Shown here: positions 46,574 through 55,329 of the stretch, in pieces
Position numbering within the stretch: position 1 is the first letter of the stretch
How the letters are laid out: each line of letters opens with the position of its first letter
NCBI GenBank assembly: GCA_965200085.1
Contig: OZ241333.1
Span: 2,471,961-2,535,960, forward strand
Length of the DNA stretch: 64,000 bases
Reading direction: 5' to 3'
From: Dehalococcoidia bacterium
GTDB lineage: Bacteria; Chloroflexota; Dehalococcoidia; Lucifugimonadales; JADFKI01
Position numbers and translations under genes: made by a program
Notes under the pieces: model-generated
Database searches by the model: none
Seen by the model: the letters and a program-made list of their open reading frames with translations, nothing else
What the model was told of the DNA's origin: nothing

Positions 46574-47122
46574 ATGACCCACCGAGACGAATCAGAAGCG
46601 AACGAAGCGGCGCGAATGGAGTTTGACGACATCGTTGAGATGTACGCAAGCTTCGTGTATAACGTCGCCTACAAGATGATGGGCAACCCGCACGACGCTG
46701 AAGAAGTCGCGCAGGATGCCTTTCTATCAGCATACCGCGCGTTCGAGCGGTTTCGCGGCGAATCCCGCGTTACGACATGGCTGTATCGCATCACCGTGAA
46801 CGCCGCACTGATGCGCCTTCGCCGCGAAAAGCGCGCACGAAACCTGAGATGGGTCGGTATAGAGAACCTCGATGTGCCGAGCTGGGACAACTCGCCCGAG
46901 CCCTCCGCAATGATTTCTGAGATGGGCGAGAAGATACAGGAAGGCATCGCGCTACTCCAGCCCGAACTGCGCGCCGCCGTTGTGCTTCGAGACGTCTTCG
47001 GGCTGTCCGGCTCCGAAGCTGCCGAAGTGCTGAACATCACCGTTTCTTCGCTGAAATCCCGTTTGCACCGCGCCCGTGTTCTCCTGCGACAGCATCTTGC
47101 CGAGTATTCCCCTAGTCGATAG
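46574..47122 (+). CDS. ECF (group 4) sigma-70 family RNA polymerase sigma factor
   Basis: Region 2 is DAEEVAQDAFLSAYRAFERFRGES...TWLYRITVNAALMRLRR. Region 4 is LQPELRAAVVLRDVFGLSGSEAAEVLNITVSSLKSRLHRAR. Confidence 0.9.
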   Translation: MTHRDESEANEAARMEFDDIVEMYASFVYNVAYKMMGNPHDAEEVAQDAFLSAYRAFERFRGESRVTTWLYRITVNAALMRLRREKRARNLRWVGIENLDVPSWDNSPEPSAMISEMGEKIQEGIALLQPELRAAVVLRDVFGLSGSEAAEVLNITVSSLKSRLHRARVLLRQHLAEYSPSR

Positions 47123-48470
47123 GCGGCATGCCTAAATCCACTTGCAGAACGTTTTCACACCATGCAGCAGCCGCAAGCAGTCCTCCTTCGTCGAAATGCC
47201 CTGCGACTAGCTGTATGCCCAGCGGCAATCCATTCGCGCTCATCCCGGAAGGAATCGTAATTTCCGGGAAACCTCCGAAAGTCCACGGCGCCTGAAACTT
47301 CGGATCACCTGTGGTTTCTAGGCTTGCGGGCGCTTGCGAGGGAGTGGACGGCATCAGCAGCGCATCGTAACCTTGAAGCGCCGCAAGCACATCATTCTTG
47401 AATTGGCGCTGATACTGCTTTGCTTTCAAGTATGTCAGCGCAGATGTGGCAATTCCTTGCTCAATCACACCACGCACATTCGGCGAATAATCGTGCGGTC
47501 TGACGGCGAAGTCGCGTTCATGCACCTGCGCTCCCTCCACCGCCATCAGCGTGCGATGCTCTAACAGCAGCGCATCGAAGTCAGACGGCAGCTCCACCTC
47601 GTCAACGACTGCGCCGGTGCTGCGCAGCAACTCTATGATACTAACGGTATGCTCACGCACCTCATCTTCGCACTGCTCCATGAAGAACTGGGACACCACA
47701 CCAATGCGCGGTGGATTTGAGGTTCGCAGTGATGATGGTGAATAGTCCGAAGTTGCGTACCGTGAGGAATCCGGGTCTTTGATGTCATGCCCCGCAAGCG
47801 CATTCAGCATCAGAGCGGCGTCCCGAACGCTGTGCGTGAAGGTGCCCACCGTATCCAGCGACTCTGCTACCGGATATACGCCATGTCTGCTGATGCGTCC
47901 GAATGTGGGCTTGAAACCGACCACACCGTTATACGCCGCCGGACGCAGCACGGAGCCTCCGGTTTGCGTCCCAAGCGACGCCGGAAACATTCGCGCGGCT
48001 GCCCCGACTGCCGAACCGCTGCTAGATCCTCCCGGGGTGTGCGCCGCGTTCCACGGATTCACGGTAGGCGATGGATCGCCGCATGCGAACTCGGTCGTAA
48101 CCGTCTTGCCCATTATGATCGCCCCTGCCCGTTTCAGCAGCGCCACACTGGTCGCATCGTAGTCAGGCACGAAGTCCGCAAATATGGGAGAGCAGCAGGT
48201 CGTCAGCATCCCGCGCGTATAATATATGTCCTTGATACCCACAGGCACGCCGTGCAGTGCACCCCGCGGTCCTTCGGCTGCAAGCTCCCTATCACGATCT
48301 CGGGCTGCCTTAAGCGCCGCATCCCCATCCAGAGTAACCCATACCTTCAAATCATTGTCCAACGCATCGCACCGTTCTAATAACGCCTCCATCAGTTCTG
48401 CCGCAGAAATCGCTCCACTTCGTATCGACTCAGCTGCCTCAAACACGCTCAATTCATACATTTCACTCAT
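47112..48470 (-). CDS. Amidase-signature family enzyme (GatA-like amidase)
   Basis: GGSSSGSAVGAAA signature and upstream KD...G motifs. 452 aa. Confidence 0.88.
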   Translation of the reverse strand: MSEMYELSVFEAAESIRSGAISAAELMEALLERCDALDNDLKVWVTLDGDAALKAARDRDRELAAEGPRGALHGVPVGIKDIYYTRGMLTTCCSPIFADFVPDYDATSVALLKRAGAIIMGKTVTTEFACGDPSPTVNPWNAAHTPGGSSSGSAVGAAARMFPASLGTQTGGSVLRPAAYNGVVGFKPTFGRISRHGVYPVAESLDTVGTFTHSVRDAALMLNALAGHDIKDPDSSRYATSDYSPSSLRTSNPPRIGVVSQFFMEQCEDEVREHTVSIIELLRSTGAVVDEVELPSDFDALLLEHRTLMAVEGAQVHERDFAVRPHDYSPNVRGVIEQGIATSALTYLKAKQYQRQFKNDVLAALQGYDALLMPSTPSQAPASLETTGDPKFQAPWTFGGFPEITIPSGMSANGLPLGIQLVAGHFDEGGLLAAAAWCENVLQVDLGMPPID

Positions 48471-48601
48471 CGTACTACCCCTTTCTCATACAAGTTGCCT
48501 TTCATGCGCCATACGCCATACCGTTGATATCAGCCAGTTCGCAGCACAACAACGCAGTGATATACTGAAGTTTGACCGCTCAATTATTCAAGGAGTATAT
48601 T

Positions 48602-49039
48602 ATGCCTCAACTGAACAAGCGACAAATGCACGATTTCCTGACTACCGGGGCCAATCTGATGAAGCTCGGAACACTGACATCAGAAGGCTGGCCCTATGTT
48701 ACCCCCATTTGGTACGACTACGATGGTGAGGCGTTCTATGTGGCGGGCAGGCGCACGGCGGCGTGGGTAGCGCACATTCGCAACGACGAGCGCGTATCTT
48801 TCTGCATAGATACCTGTGATGCGCCATACATTCGCGTCGTTGTCGAAGGAACGGCAGAAATTGTTGACGCCGCGTGGATGGGAGACTGGAAGCACTGGGC
48901 TGTGCGTTACCGGGGCGAAGAAGAGGGGACGCAATACTACGAAGAGACCAAACACATGCCGCGTGCATACATTCGCATCTCCCCGCGCAAAATAACCACA
49001 TGGGCAGGTCCCGGCTGGCATCCACGCTACCAAGAATAG
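48602..49039 (+). CDS. Pyridoxamine 5'-phosphate oxidase family (split-barrel) protein
   Basis: LGTLTSEGWPYVTPIWYDYDGEAFYV...RNDERVSFCID...VVVEG. AAGGAG lies upstream of the ATG at 48602. Confidence 0.75.
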   Translation: MPQLNKRQMHDFLTTGANLMKLGTLTSEGWPYVTPIWYDYDGEAFYVAGRRTAAWVAHIRNDERVSFCIDTCDAPYIRVVVEGTAEIVDAAWMGDWKHWAVRYRGEEEGTQYYEETKHMPRAYIRISPRKITTWAGPGWHPRYQE

Positions 49040-49212
49040 CGATCAAGATATGTAGATGTAGAAGTTACTGAACGACAGGTGCGCGATGAGCAGCGTAAGC
49101 GTAATTTAAGGGCTATTTACTTTTACTGCAAATTGCTTCAAAAACGCACTTCAACGATAGCTTGCATCTGCTCGCAATCACATTGCAAAAGATCGACTGA
49201 AAGGATAGCAGC

Positions 49213-49638
49213 ATGGATATGAAGCGCACAGTTGGGGCAATTTTGATTGCTATGGCAGGATTTGTCGGTTTCTACTTTGTAGCTTCTGAAATAGGAATTG
49301 CTCTGTTCCCGGGCGAATACTGGCGGTGGATTAACTACATAATGGTAGTGGGCATAGTGCTTGGTTTGGTGTTTGCCATTACCCGCAAGCGAGACCTTGA
49401 GCGAAGGGGACTGGACAATTCGGTTACACGCGAGTATTTGGAAGCCAATGTGCTCTTTTACGCCTTCATGGGAGTAACGCTTCTGTTCTTATGGAACTGG
49501 TTCAACAGACTAGCCGGCGGCGATGTGTACCAAGACGACATTAAGCGCGGGCTAGTATGGATTGTGCTGGACACAGTGTTCCCTCTGATTGCGGGCGCAC
49601 AGGGTATATACCTGTGGCGCGGCGAAAACAATGACTAG
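49213..49638 (+). CDS. Four-TM membrane protein, unknown function, paralog 1
   Basis: Four hydrophobic segments. Shares the ...LFYAF...LFLWNWFNRL... pattern with the next gene. Confidence 0.6.
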   Translation: MDMKRTVGAILIAMAGFVGFYFVASEIGIALFPGEYWRWINYIMVVGIVLGLVFAITRKRDLERRGLDNSVTREYLEANVLFYAFMGVTLLFLWNWFNRLAGGDVYQDDIKRGLVWIVLDTVFPLIAGAQGIYLWRGENND

Positions 49639-49698
49639 CGCGTCTTATCGAGACTGCAAAAGCAGAGCGAAGATGTTAGATGAAAGGAAACGCCTCGT

Positions 49699-50133
49699 AT
49701 GGATAGCATCACCCGAATCATCGGTATAGCATTAGTCGTAATTGCTGCAATCGTCGCAATTCACACTATCATAGAGCCGTTGTACTTCAACAGCGCACAG
49801 ACCGGCAGTGGGTACAACGAGGGGGTCTGGGCGCTCATCAATCCCCTCACAGCACTTGGCATCATAGTGGGAATAATCCTGAGTTTCCTGCGGAAGCGCG
49901 CCGTTGATGCAGAAGGCGGCGTCACATGGGATAGGCTCGCCGCCAGTACGCTCTTCTACGGCTTCGCGTCCTTAGGCATCCTCTTCTTCTGGAGCTGGTT
50001 CAACCTGCTGAATCCCAACTTCACCGCCATAGGACAGGATGCCGTTAACCTCGCCTGGATTATCATAGATGTGGCGTTCCCCGTACTAGCCGCATCCATG
50101 GGCATCAGGATATTCAAAGGCACTGGCGGGTAA
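49699..50133 (+). CDS. Four-TM membrane protein, unknown function, paralog 2
   Basis: Colinear with 49213-49638 (LFYGF...LFFWSWFNLL...DVAFPVLAASMGI). Confidence 0.6.
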   Translation: MDSITRIIGIALVVIAAIVAIHTIIEPLYFNSAQTGSGYNEGVWALINPLTALGIIVGIILSFLRKRAVDAEGGVTWDRLAASTLFYGFASLGILFFWSWFNLLNPNFTAIGQDAVNLAWIIIDVAFPVLAASMGIRIFKGTGG

Positions 50134-50162
50134 TTATAATTACCCTTGCGAACGCCGGTTTG

Positions 50163-51140
50163 CTAGAAGGTCAGCGACACTTTCAGCGCGCCGTCCTCGC
50201 GCGACTCAGCAAGATCAAACGCCTCTTGCACACGATGCACCGGGTACTGATGCGTTACGAAAGGCTCCATGTCTATCTCGCCTTTCGTAATGAAATCGAC
50301 CGCTAGCTGGAACGCCGGCAGCCCGGGCTCGTCCTGCGCGCCAAATGTGGAATGCATGTCTATTCGCTTGCGGAAAAAAGTATCCCAGTCGAAAGGTATC
50401 CTTTCCATAGTGGGCGGCAGTCCGAACACGGCAATTCTGCCCAACGGCTTCACCATTTTCAAAGACTGATTCAGTGTTTCCACGCTGCCGCACGCCTCGA
50501 TTATCACATCGGCGCCTTCACCGTCAGTCAAGTCTAGCACAGCGTCGATGGCGCGATTACCGGTAACATCGATGGCGTGATCAACGCCCATGCGCCTGCC
50601 ATGCTCACGCCGAGCCTCCACAGGCTCTACGGCGATGATACGATGCGCACCAAGCCGACGCAGCATGAAGTCATGGAACAGCCCCACCGAACCTTGTCCC
50701 AGCACTGCGACCGTCTTACCCAGAAGCGGCGGAAGCTTGCGTGCCCCGAAAACCACCGTACCCAGTTGCTGCGCCATCAGAAGATGCGCCGGTGGCACGC
50801 CGTCCGGCAGTTTCAACAAAAACTGCTCCTCTATCATCTGGTAGCCTGCGAATACCTTGGACTTCCAAATGTTAGGCGCAGTCAAAACGAGATCGCCCTC
50901 AGCGAACGAAGTATCCCCAGGATCAACAACCTCGCCCACGCCTTCATGCCCAGGATAGCCGGGCGGCAGCGGAAACTCGTATGCGTTCCAGCCCATGTAC
51001 ACAATGTGCAGATCGCTGCCGCATATAGAACCCAGCATCGTTCGCACCAACGCATGCCCCGGCTCCATCACGGGTATCGGCACTTCTTCACACCGCAGCT
51101 CCCTCAGGTCCGTAGCCACCGCCGCCGGCATCATAGTCAT
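50163..51140 (-). CDS. Zinc-dependent medium-chain alcohol/threonine/sorbitol dehydrogenase family
   Basis: GSICGSDLH, GHEGVGEV and VLGQGSVG (Rossmann) motifs. The likely start is MTMMP at 51140, after AAAGGAA. Confidence 0.85.
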   Translation of the reverse strand: MTMMPAAVATDLRELRCEEVPIPVMEPGHALVRTMLGSICGSDLHIVYMGWNAYEFPLPPGYPGHEGVGEVVDPGDTSFAEGDLVLTAPNIWKSKVFAGYQMIEEQFLLKLPDGVPPAHLLMAQQLGTVVFGARKLPPLLGKTVAVLGQGSVGLFHDFMLRRLGAHRIIAVEPVEARREHGRRMGVDHAIDVTGNRAIDAVLDLTDGEGADVIIEACGSVETLNQSLKMVKPLGRIAVFGLPPTMERIPFDWDTFFRKRIDMHSTFGAQDEPGLPAFQLAVDFITKGEIDMEPFVTHQYPVHRVQEAFDLAESREDGALKVSLTF

Positions 51141-51398
51141 ATCTTCATTCCTTTCAGCGCCGTCAATTTCTGTGTTTGATACAATTACTTGTAAATCAAT
51201 CAAATACTGCTAATATCCTGTCAGAGATTTTGAACGCAAGGCGTGGTCGTGTCAAGTTCGTGCCGCACTAATCGTTAACATGGAAGAGACGGATTTATGT
51301 TGCGCGCAATGATATTTCTTCGGCGTGCTAGTAGCAGCAGCGTTCATTCTGCGAGCGCGTTCACGCAGATTGCCGTAACAGAATAACAGTGAGATGAC

Positions 51399-51770
51399 AT
51401 GACCAAACTTATAATCGCCGTCGCTGCCGTCTTTGGCTTGCTGTCAGTTGTCGCAGGCGCAGCAGGCACACACGCACTCCGCGATATTCTGGATACAGAC
51501 GCACTCCGCACCTTCGAGACTGCTGCCCGTTTCCAGATGTACCACGCGCTCTCACTTCTGGCGACGGGCTTGCTCTCAATGCGCTGGCACACGCGCATGA
51601 TCGCGTTAGCCGCCGCACTCTTTGTGCTGGGCACGCTGCTATTCAGCGGCAGCCTATACATCCTAGCGCTGAGCGGAATAGGCGTCTTCGGAGCAATCGC
51701 CCCAATCGGCGGCATCAGCCTTATGGCAGGCTGGGCGTCCCTAGTGTTCGCAGCCCTCCGCGAGAAATAA
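51399..51770 (+). CDS. DUF423 (YgdD/TMEM256-like) membrane protein
   Basis: 123 aa, four TM segments, AGAAGTHAL...RFQMYHAL pattern. Confidence 0.8.
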   Translation: MTKLIIAVAAVFGLLSVVAGAAGTHALRDILDTDALRTFETAARFQMYHALSLLATGLLSMRWHTRMIALAAALFVLGTLLFSGSLYILALSGIGVFGAIAPIGGISLMAGWASLVFAALREK

Positions 51771-51896
51771 TCCCCTTCGCCCTCGTTTCCGTACTTCGAA
51801 ATACCCAAGCGCTGATTAATCCTGTGAGCCGCCGTCCATATCGACAGTTCGTCTGATATGATATGCAAATCACAAATCAACGACGGAGGGCAAAAC

Positions 51897-52622
51897 ATGC
51901 CAAACAGCGAAGACATGAAGCAGCGAATACGCGATGGTGAGATACTCATCGGTGTCTCGGCGCCGCTTACTGCCACCAAGAGTGAGATGGAGGACACTCT
52001 CGGCAAGGACGATTATGCATTCATCCACACCGACAGCCAGCACTCGGCGTTCAATGAAGAGACTTTGGTGCAGTTCTGTGGATATGCAGCCGAACTCGAC
52101 ATCCCGGTGCAGTTCCGTATAAAGCACACGCGCCAGGCATACCTCATCGGCAACCTGCTCGACTTAGGTCCGGCAGGCATCGAAGTGCCGCAGGTGGAAG
52201 AATTAAGCGTCGCACAAGAAGCTGTGGACTATTTTTACTACCCGCAGTTCGGCAAGCGAAGCTGGGGAGGAGCGGCACGCTGGAAAGTGCAAGGGCGCGA
52301 AGACAGGCTTGAGTACGCCGAATGGTGGAACAGCCATGGCTGGCTATGTCTGCAAATGGAGTCCATTCAGGCGACGAGCAACGCGCGCTTACTCGCTATG
52401 GAAGGCGTGGACTGCCTCACCTGGGGACCCAATGACCTTCTCGGCGATATAGAAAAGCACCCGAAGCACCCATTCCAAACTGTCGATGACTGCGTAAAGC
52501 ATGTACTCAAGCAGCTTGAAGGCAGCACTACCCGAGTATCTTTCCGCAGCTACGACCCCGCCCTACGCAGCAAGTACATCGATATGGGCGTAACCATATT
52601 AATGGAAAACCCCAAGCCATAG
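51897..52622 (+). CDS. HpcH/HpaI family aldolase/lyase, third paralog in the window
   Basis: IHTDSQHS, GPAGIEVPQVE, YYPQFGKRSWGG, LQMESIQA and LTWGPNDL motifs. GGAGGG lies upstream of the ATG at 51897. Confidence 0.7.
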   Translation: MPNSEDMKQRIRDGEILIGVSAPLTATKSEMEDTLGKDDYAFIHTDSQHSAFNEETLVQFCGYAAELDIPVQFRIKHTRQAYLIGNLLDLGPAGIEVPQVEELSVAQEAVDYFYYPQFGKRSWGGAARWKVQGREDRLEYAEWWNSHGWLCLQMESIQATSNARLLAMEGVDCLTWGPNDLLGDIEKHPKHPFQTVDDCVKHVLKQLEGSTTRVSFRSYDPALRSKYIDMGVTILMENPKP

Positions 52623-52634
52623 ACAAATATGTCA

Positions 52635-52680
52635 GTCAGTCGGTCAGTGTATTGATAGGCACCACTGACCGACTGACTTA
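52635..52680 (+). terminator. Perfect 15-bp stem hairpin after the aldolase gene (terminator-like, weak U tract)
   Basis: gtcagtcggtcagtg (52635-52649) pairs with cactgaccgactgac (52663-52677) around a 13-nt loop, followed by ttaatt. Confidence 0.5.
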
Positions 52681-52701
52681 ATTAGTGAAGGAACGATAAC
52701 T

Positions 52702-53538
52702 ATGACAGACAGAATCAGAGTAGGTAACGCTGAGATTGTGTTTGCTCTGGACATGGTACCGCCTCCGCGACCGCCGGATGCGTTCTTTGAGGGTATAACT
52801 TCCGCCGACTGGGAGCCATACCAAGACATACTGGAAGACGGGCAGATACAACTCTACTATGGCCACTTCTTCGTACGTTCTATGGGCAAAACCGTGATGG
52901 TGGACACTGGCATGGGTCCAGGCCCCCATCTTGACCGTGGAAATCGTACAGGTAATCTGCTAAATGCTATCCGTGCGCAGGGCGCGAATCCGGAAGACAT
53001 CGACATCGTAACCCACACCCATTTGCACGCCGACCATGTGGGATGGAACATCGACCACAGCGGCGACACTCCGAAGCCGTACTTCCCCAACGCGCGCTAT
53101 CTCGTGCCACGCCTTGATTGGGAACATTTCACACAGCCTCAGCATCTATCTGAAGCACCGCAAGTGCGCGACAGCGTGCTTCCCCTTGAGCAGCTCGGTC
53201 TCATGGAACTGGTGGATGAGGGCTACCAAATCACGGATGAGATGACCACGCTGGACACTCCCGGACACACACCGGGACATCAAGTGATCCTGATAAGCTC
53301 GCAGGGCGAACGCGCGATGATAGTCGGCGATGCCATACACAGCAGTGTGCAGATACAAGAACCAGACTGGTGCGCCGGCGTTGACACCAGCAAGCCCGAC
53401 AGCCGCCGCAGTCGCCACGCCCTTCTGCAGCGCGCCGAAAACGAAGAATATATTATCGCCGCAGGACACTTCCACCCGCAGCAGCACATAGGCAAAGTCA
53501 TCCGCTCCAACGGATGCCGCTACTGGCAGGCGCTGTAA
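52702..53538 (+). CDS. MBL-fold metallo-hydrolase (lactonase-like)
   Basis: THTHLHADHVGWN (HxHxDH), later TPGHTPGH and a distal H. Confidence 0.88.
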   Translation: MTDRIRVGNAEIVFALDMVPPPRPPDAFFEGITSADWEPYQDILEDGQIQLYYGHFFVRSMGKTVMVDTGMGPGPHLDRGNRTGNLLNAIRAQGANPEDIDIVTHTHLHADHVGWNIDHSGDTPKPYFPNARYLVPRLDWEHFTQPQHLSEAPQVRDSVLPLEQLGLMELVDEGYQITDEMTTLDTPGHTPGHQVILISSQGERAMIVGDAIHSSVQIQEPDWCAGVDTSKPDSRRSRHALLQRAENEEYIIAAGHFHPQQHIGKVIRSNGCRYWQAL

Positions 53539-53560
53539 CACGCCCGTATTGCGACAGAAA

Positions 53561-53850
53561 CGGAAAGGTATGGAAGCCAAAATACGGCATCTCGAAATGA
53601 TCCGGAGCGCCATCACCGAAGCAGCCAATAACTCCCTTCGCATTGAGAGGCATTGCTATGATGGTAGTTAGTGGTGTCCTGGTCCTAGTATCCCTGTTCA
53701 GAAAAAACCGGAAAGATACGGAAGCCAAGATACGACATCTTGAAATGATTCAGAGGGCTAAAGAGCAAGCGGTGAACAACTCTCTTCGTATGAGGGGCAT
53801 TGCTATGTTAGTAGTTAGTGGTGTCTTAGTGCTGCTGTTCAGAGAAAATC
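53561..53850 (+). repeat. Tandem duplication (~148 nt plus ~142 nt). Each unit encodes an amphipathic helix plus a TM segment.
   Basis: Unit 1 is 53561-53708 and unit 2 is 53709-53850. The shared strings are GGAAGCCAA(A/G)ATACG(G/A)CATCT(C/T)GAAATGAT ... GGCATTGCTATG ... GTAGTTAGTGGTGTC. Confidence 0.85.
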
Positions 53851-54134
53851 AGTATTCAATTGAAGTACGCTTCCTTTTTGTTGATTTCGCTCTGCTCGTA
53901 ATTGGGTTTCTTGGACTTTTGGATTATTACTTTATGCGACAGTCTAATCTGTTCAACATCTTATACAATCGGGTACGTACACAATCTGAAAGCGATATTG
54001 ATTTCTCTATGGAAGTAGCGCAGTACAGCGATGAACTAGATAGACAACTTACATCGTTTCCTGTTATAGCAATCGCTATCATATACCTGTGCATAGGATT
54101 TGGACTATTTCTCAGTGTTTTTCTTCCCGCATAG
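53643..54134 (+). CDS. Hypothetical membrane protein. It may originally have started at the ATG at 53569 before a 1-nt frameshift.
   Basis: TTG-initiated ORF with several hydrophobic segments. An upstream 33-codon ORF (53569 onward, MEAKIRHLEMI...) repeats its internal segment EAKIRHLEMI. Confidence 0.45.
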   Translation: MRGIAMMVVSGVLVLVSLFRKNRKDTEAKIRHLEMIQRAKEQAVNNSLRMRGIAMLVVSGVLVLLFRENQYSIEVRFLFVDFALLVIGFLGLLDYYFMRQSNLFNILYNRVRTQSESDIDFSMEVAQYSDELDRQLTSFPVIAIAIIYLCIGFGLFLSVFLPA

Positions 54135-54164
54135 ATATCTGTTTGTATATGTGGAGAGTGCGTT

Positions 54165-54356
54165 ATGACGCTTTCTTTTTTTTCCGCAATTCTACTTCTT
54201 GGCACTTTCTTTAGTCTGCTTGGTGGAGTTTTGACTTTTTGGGCAACTCACAATTTGAAAGGCGCTGCCATAACAATTCTTGGAGTGCTTATGTTCGTGC
54301 TCATTTATGTGATGTTTCTCCTGATTCACAGGTCAGTATCAATAACTTTTGGCTGA
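54165..54356 (+). CDS. Small two-TM membrane protein, hypothetical
   Basis: 63 aa, two hydrophobic helices, GGAGAG upstream of the ATG. Confidence 0.35.
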   Translation: MTLSFFSAILLLGTFFSLLGGVLTFWATHNLKGAAITILGVLMFVLIYVMFLLIHRSVSITFG

Positions 54357-54382
54357 TTTTATTCAGAAAAGGACAAAACCTT

Positions 54383-55309
54383 ATGACAGTAATGGTTACC
54401 GGCGGCACAGGTTTCATCGGAAGGCGTATCGTGCGCGAACTCGCCCAGCGCGGCGAAAATGTCGTCTGCTTCGATCTAGCGCCGCCGCCCGAACAGCAAG
54501 ACGGCGTGGCATACTACCGCGGCGATGTTACGCAGCTGCCCCAGATACTGGAAGCATGCAACGCTCACAGTGTAAGCAGAATTATCCACATGGCAGCCCT
54601 GCTCCCGCCGGATACTGAAGATCGTCCTCACTTTGGCATGCAGGTAAACATCTTCGGCACGAACAATGTGTTCGAAGCCGCGCGCTGGTGCGGAATCAAG
54701 CGTGTCGTATATGCAAGTTCCATCGCAGTATATGGCGTACAAGAAACATTCGGAGACAAACCGGTCAACGAAGACGATCTACCCGCGCCTGCCAATGTGT
54801 ACGGCATGACCAAAGCGGCAAACGACTTCGCCGCAGCCCGCTATCGCGACTTGTACGGACTCGACCTGCGCGGAATACGCATCTGCACCGTATTCGGGCA
54901 TGGGCGTGTTACAGGCATGACGGGCATGATTGGCGGTCTGATGGTGTCCTTACCGGCGGTTGGTAAGCCGATAGAGCTCCCCTTCCATCGCGATGAGCTT
55001 TCTCCGATGATCCATGCTGAGGATGCCGCGCAAATTTTCGTTCGTACCGCGCTTGCCGAGAAACTGAACCATCCTGTCTATATCAGTGGCGGGCACTTGT
55101 GCAGCGTGGGCGACATGGCAGACATCGTTCAGCGTATTATTCCAAACGCGCGGATAACCACCGGGGAGCGACGCGTGCCGCACATCTATCTCGTTGACAA
55201 CAGCCGTATGCTCGCCGACATAGGCCACGAGATTGCGCCGCTGGAGATGCGTCTGCGAGAACACATAAACGACGCTCGCCGTGAGGCGGGACTTGAGCCC
55301 GTCCCATAG
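54383..55309 (+). CDS. NAD-dependent epimerase/dehydratase (extended SDR)
   Basis: MVTGGTGFIGRRIV (GxxGxxG) and YGMTKAA (YxxxK). The ORF-track start at 54239 overlaps the preceding small gene. Confidence 0.85.
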   Translation: MTVMVTGGTGFIGRRIVRELAQRGENVVCFDLAPPPEQQDGVAYYRGDVTQLPQILEACNAHSVSRIIHMAALLPPDTEDRPHFGMQVNIFGTNNVFEAARWCGIKRVVYASSIAVYGVQETFGDKPVNEDDLPAPANVYGMTKAANDFAAARYRDLYGLDLRGIRICTVFGHGRVTGMTGMIGGLMVSLPAVGKPIELPFHRDELSPMIHAEDAAQIFVRTALAEKLNHPVYISGGHLCSVGDMADIVQRIIPNARITTGERRVPHIYLVDNSRMLADIGHEIAPLEMRLREHINDARREAGLEPVP

Positions 55310-55329
55310 TATTCACAGGAGTTGACTCT

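Noticed and set aside
47112-47122. 11-nt convergent overlap between the ECF sigma gene and the amidase gene.
   Set aside because: Short 3'-3' overlaps are common in compact genomes and no functional implication can be drawn.
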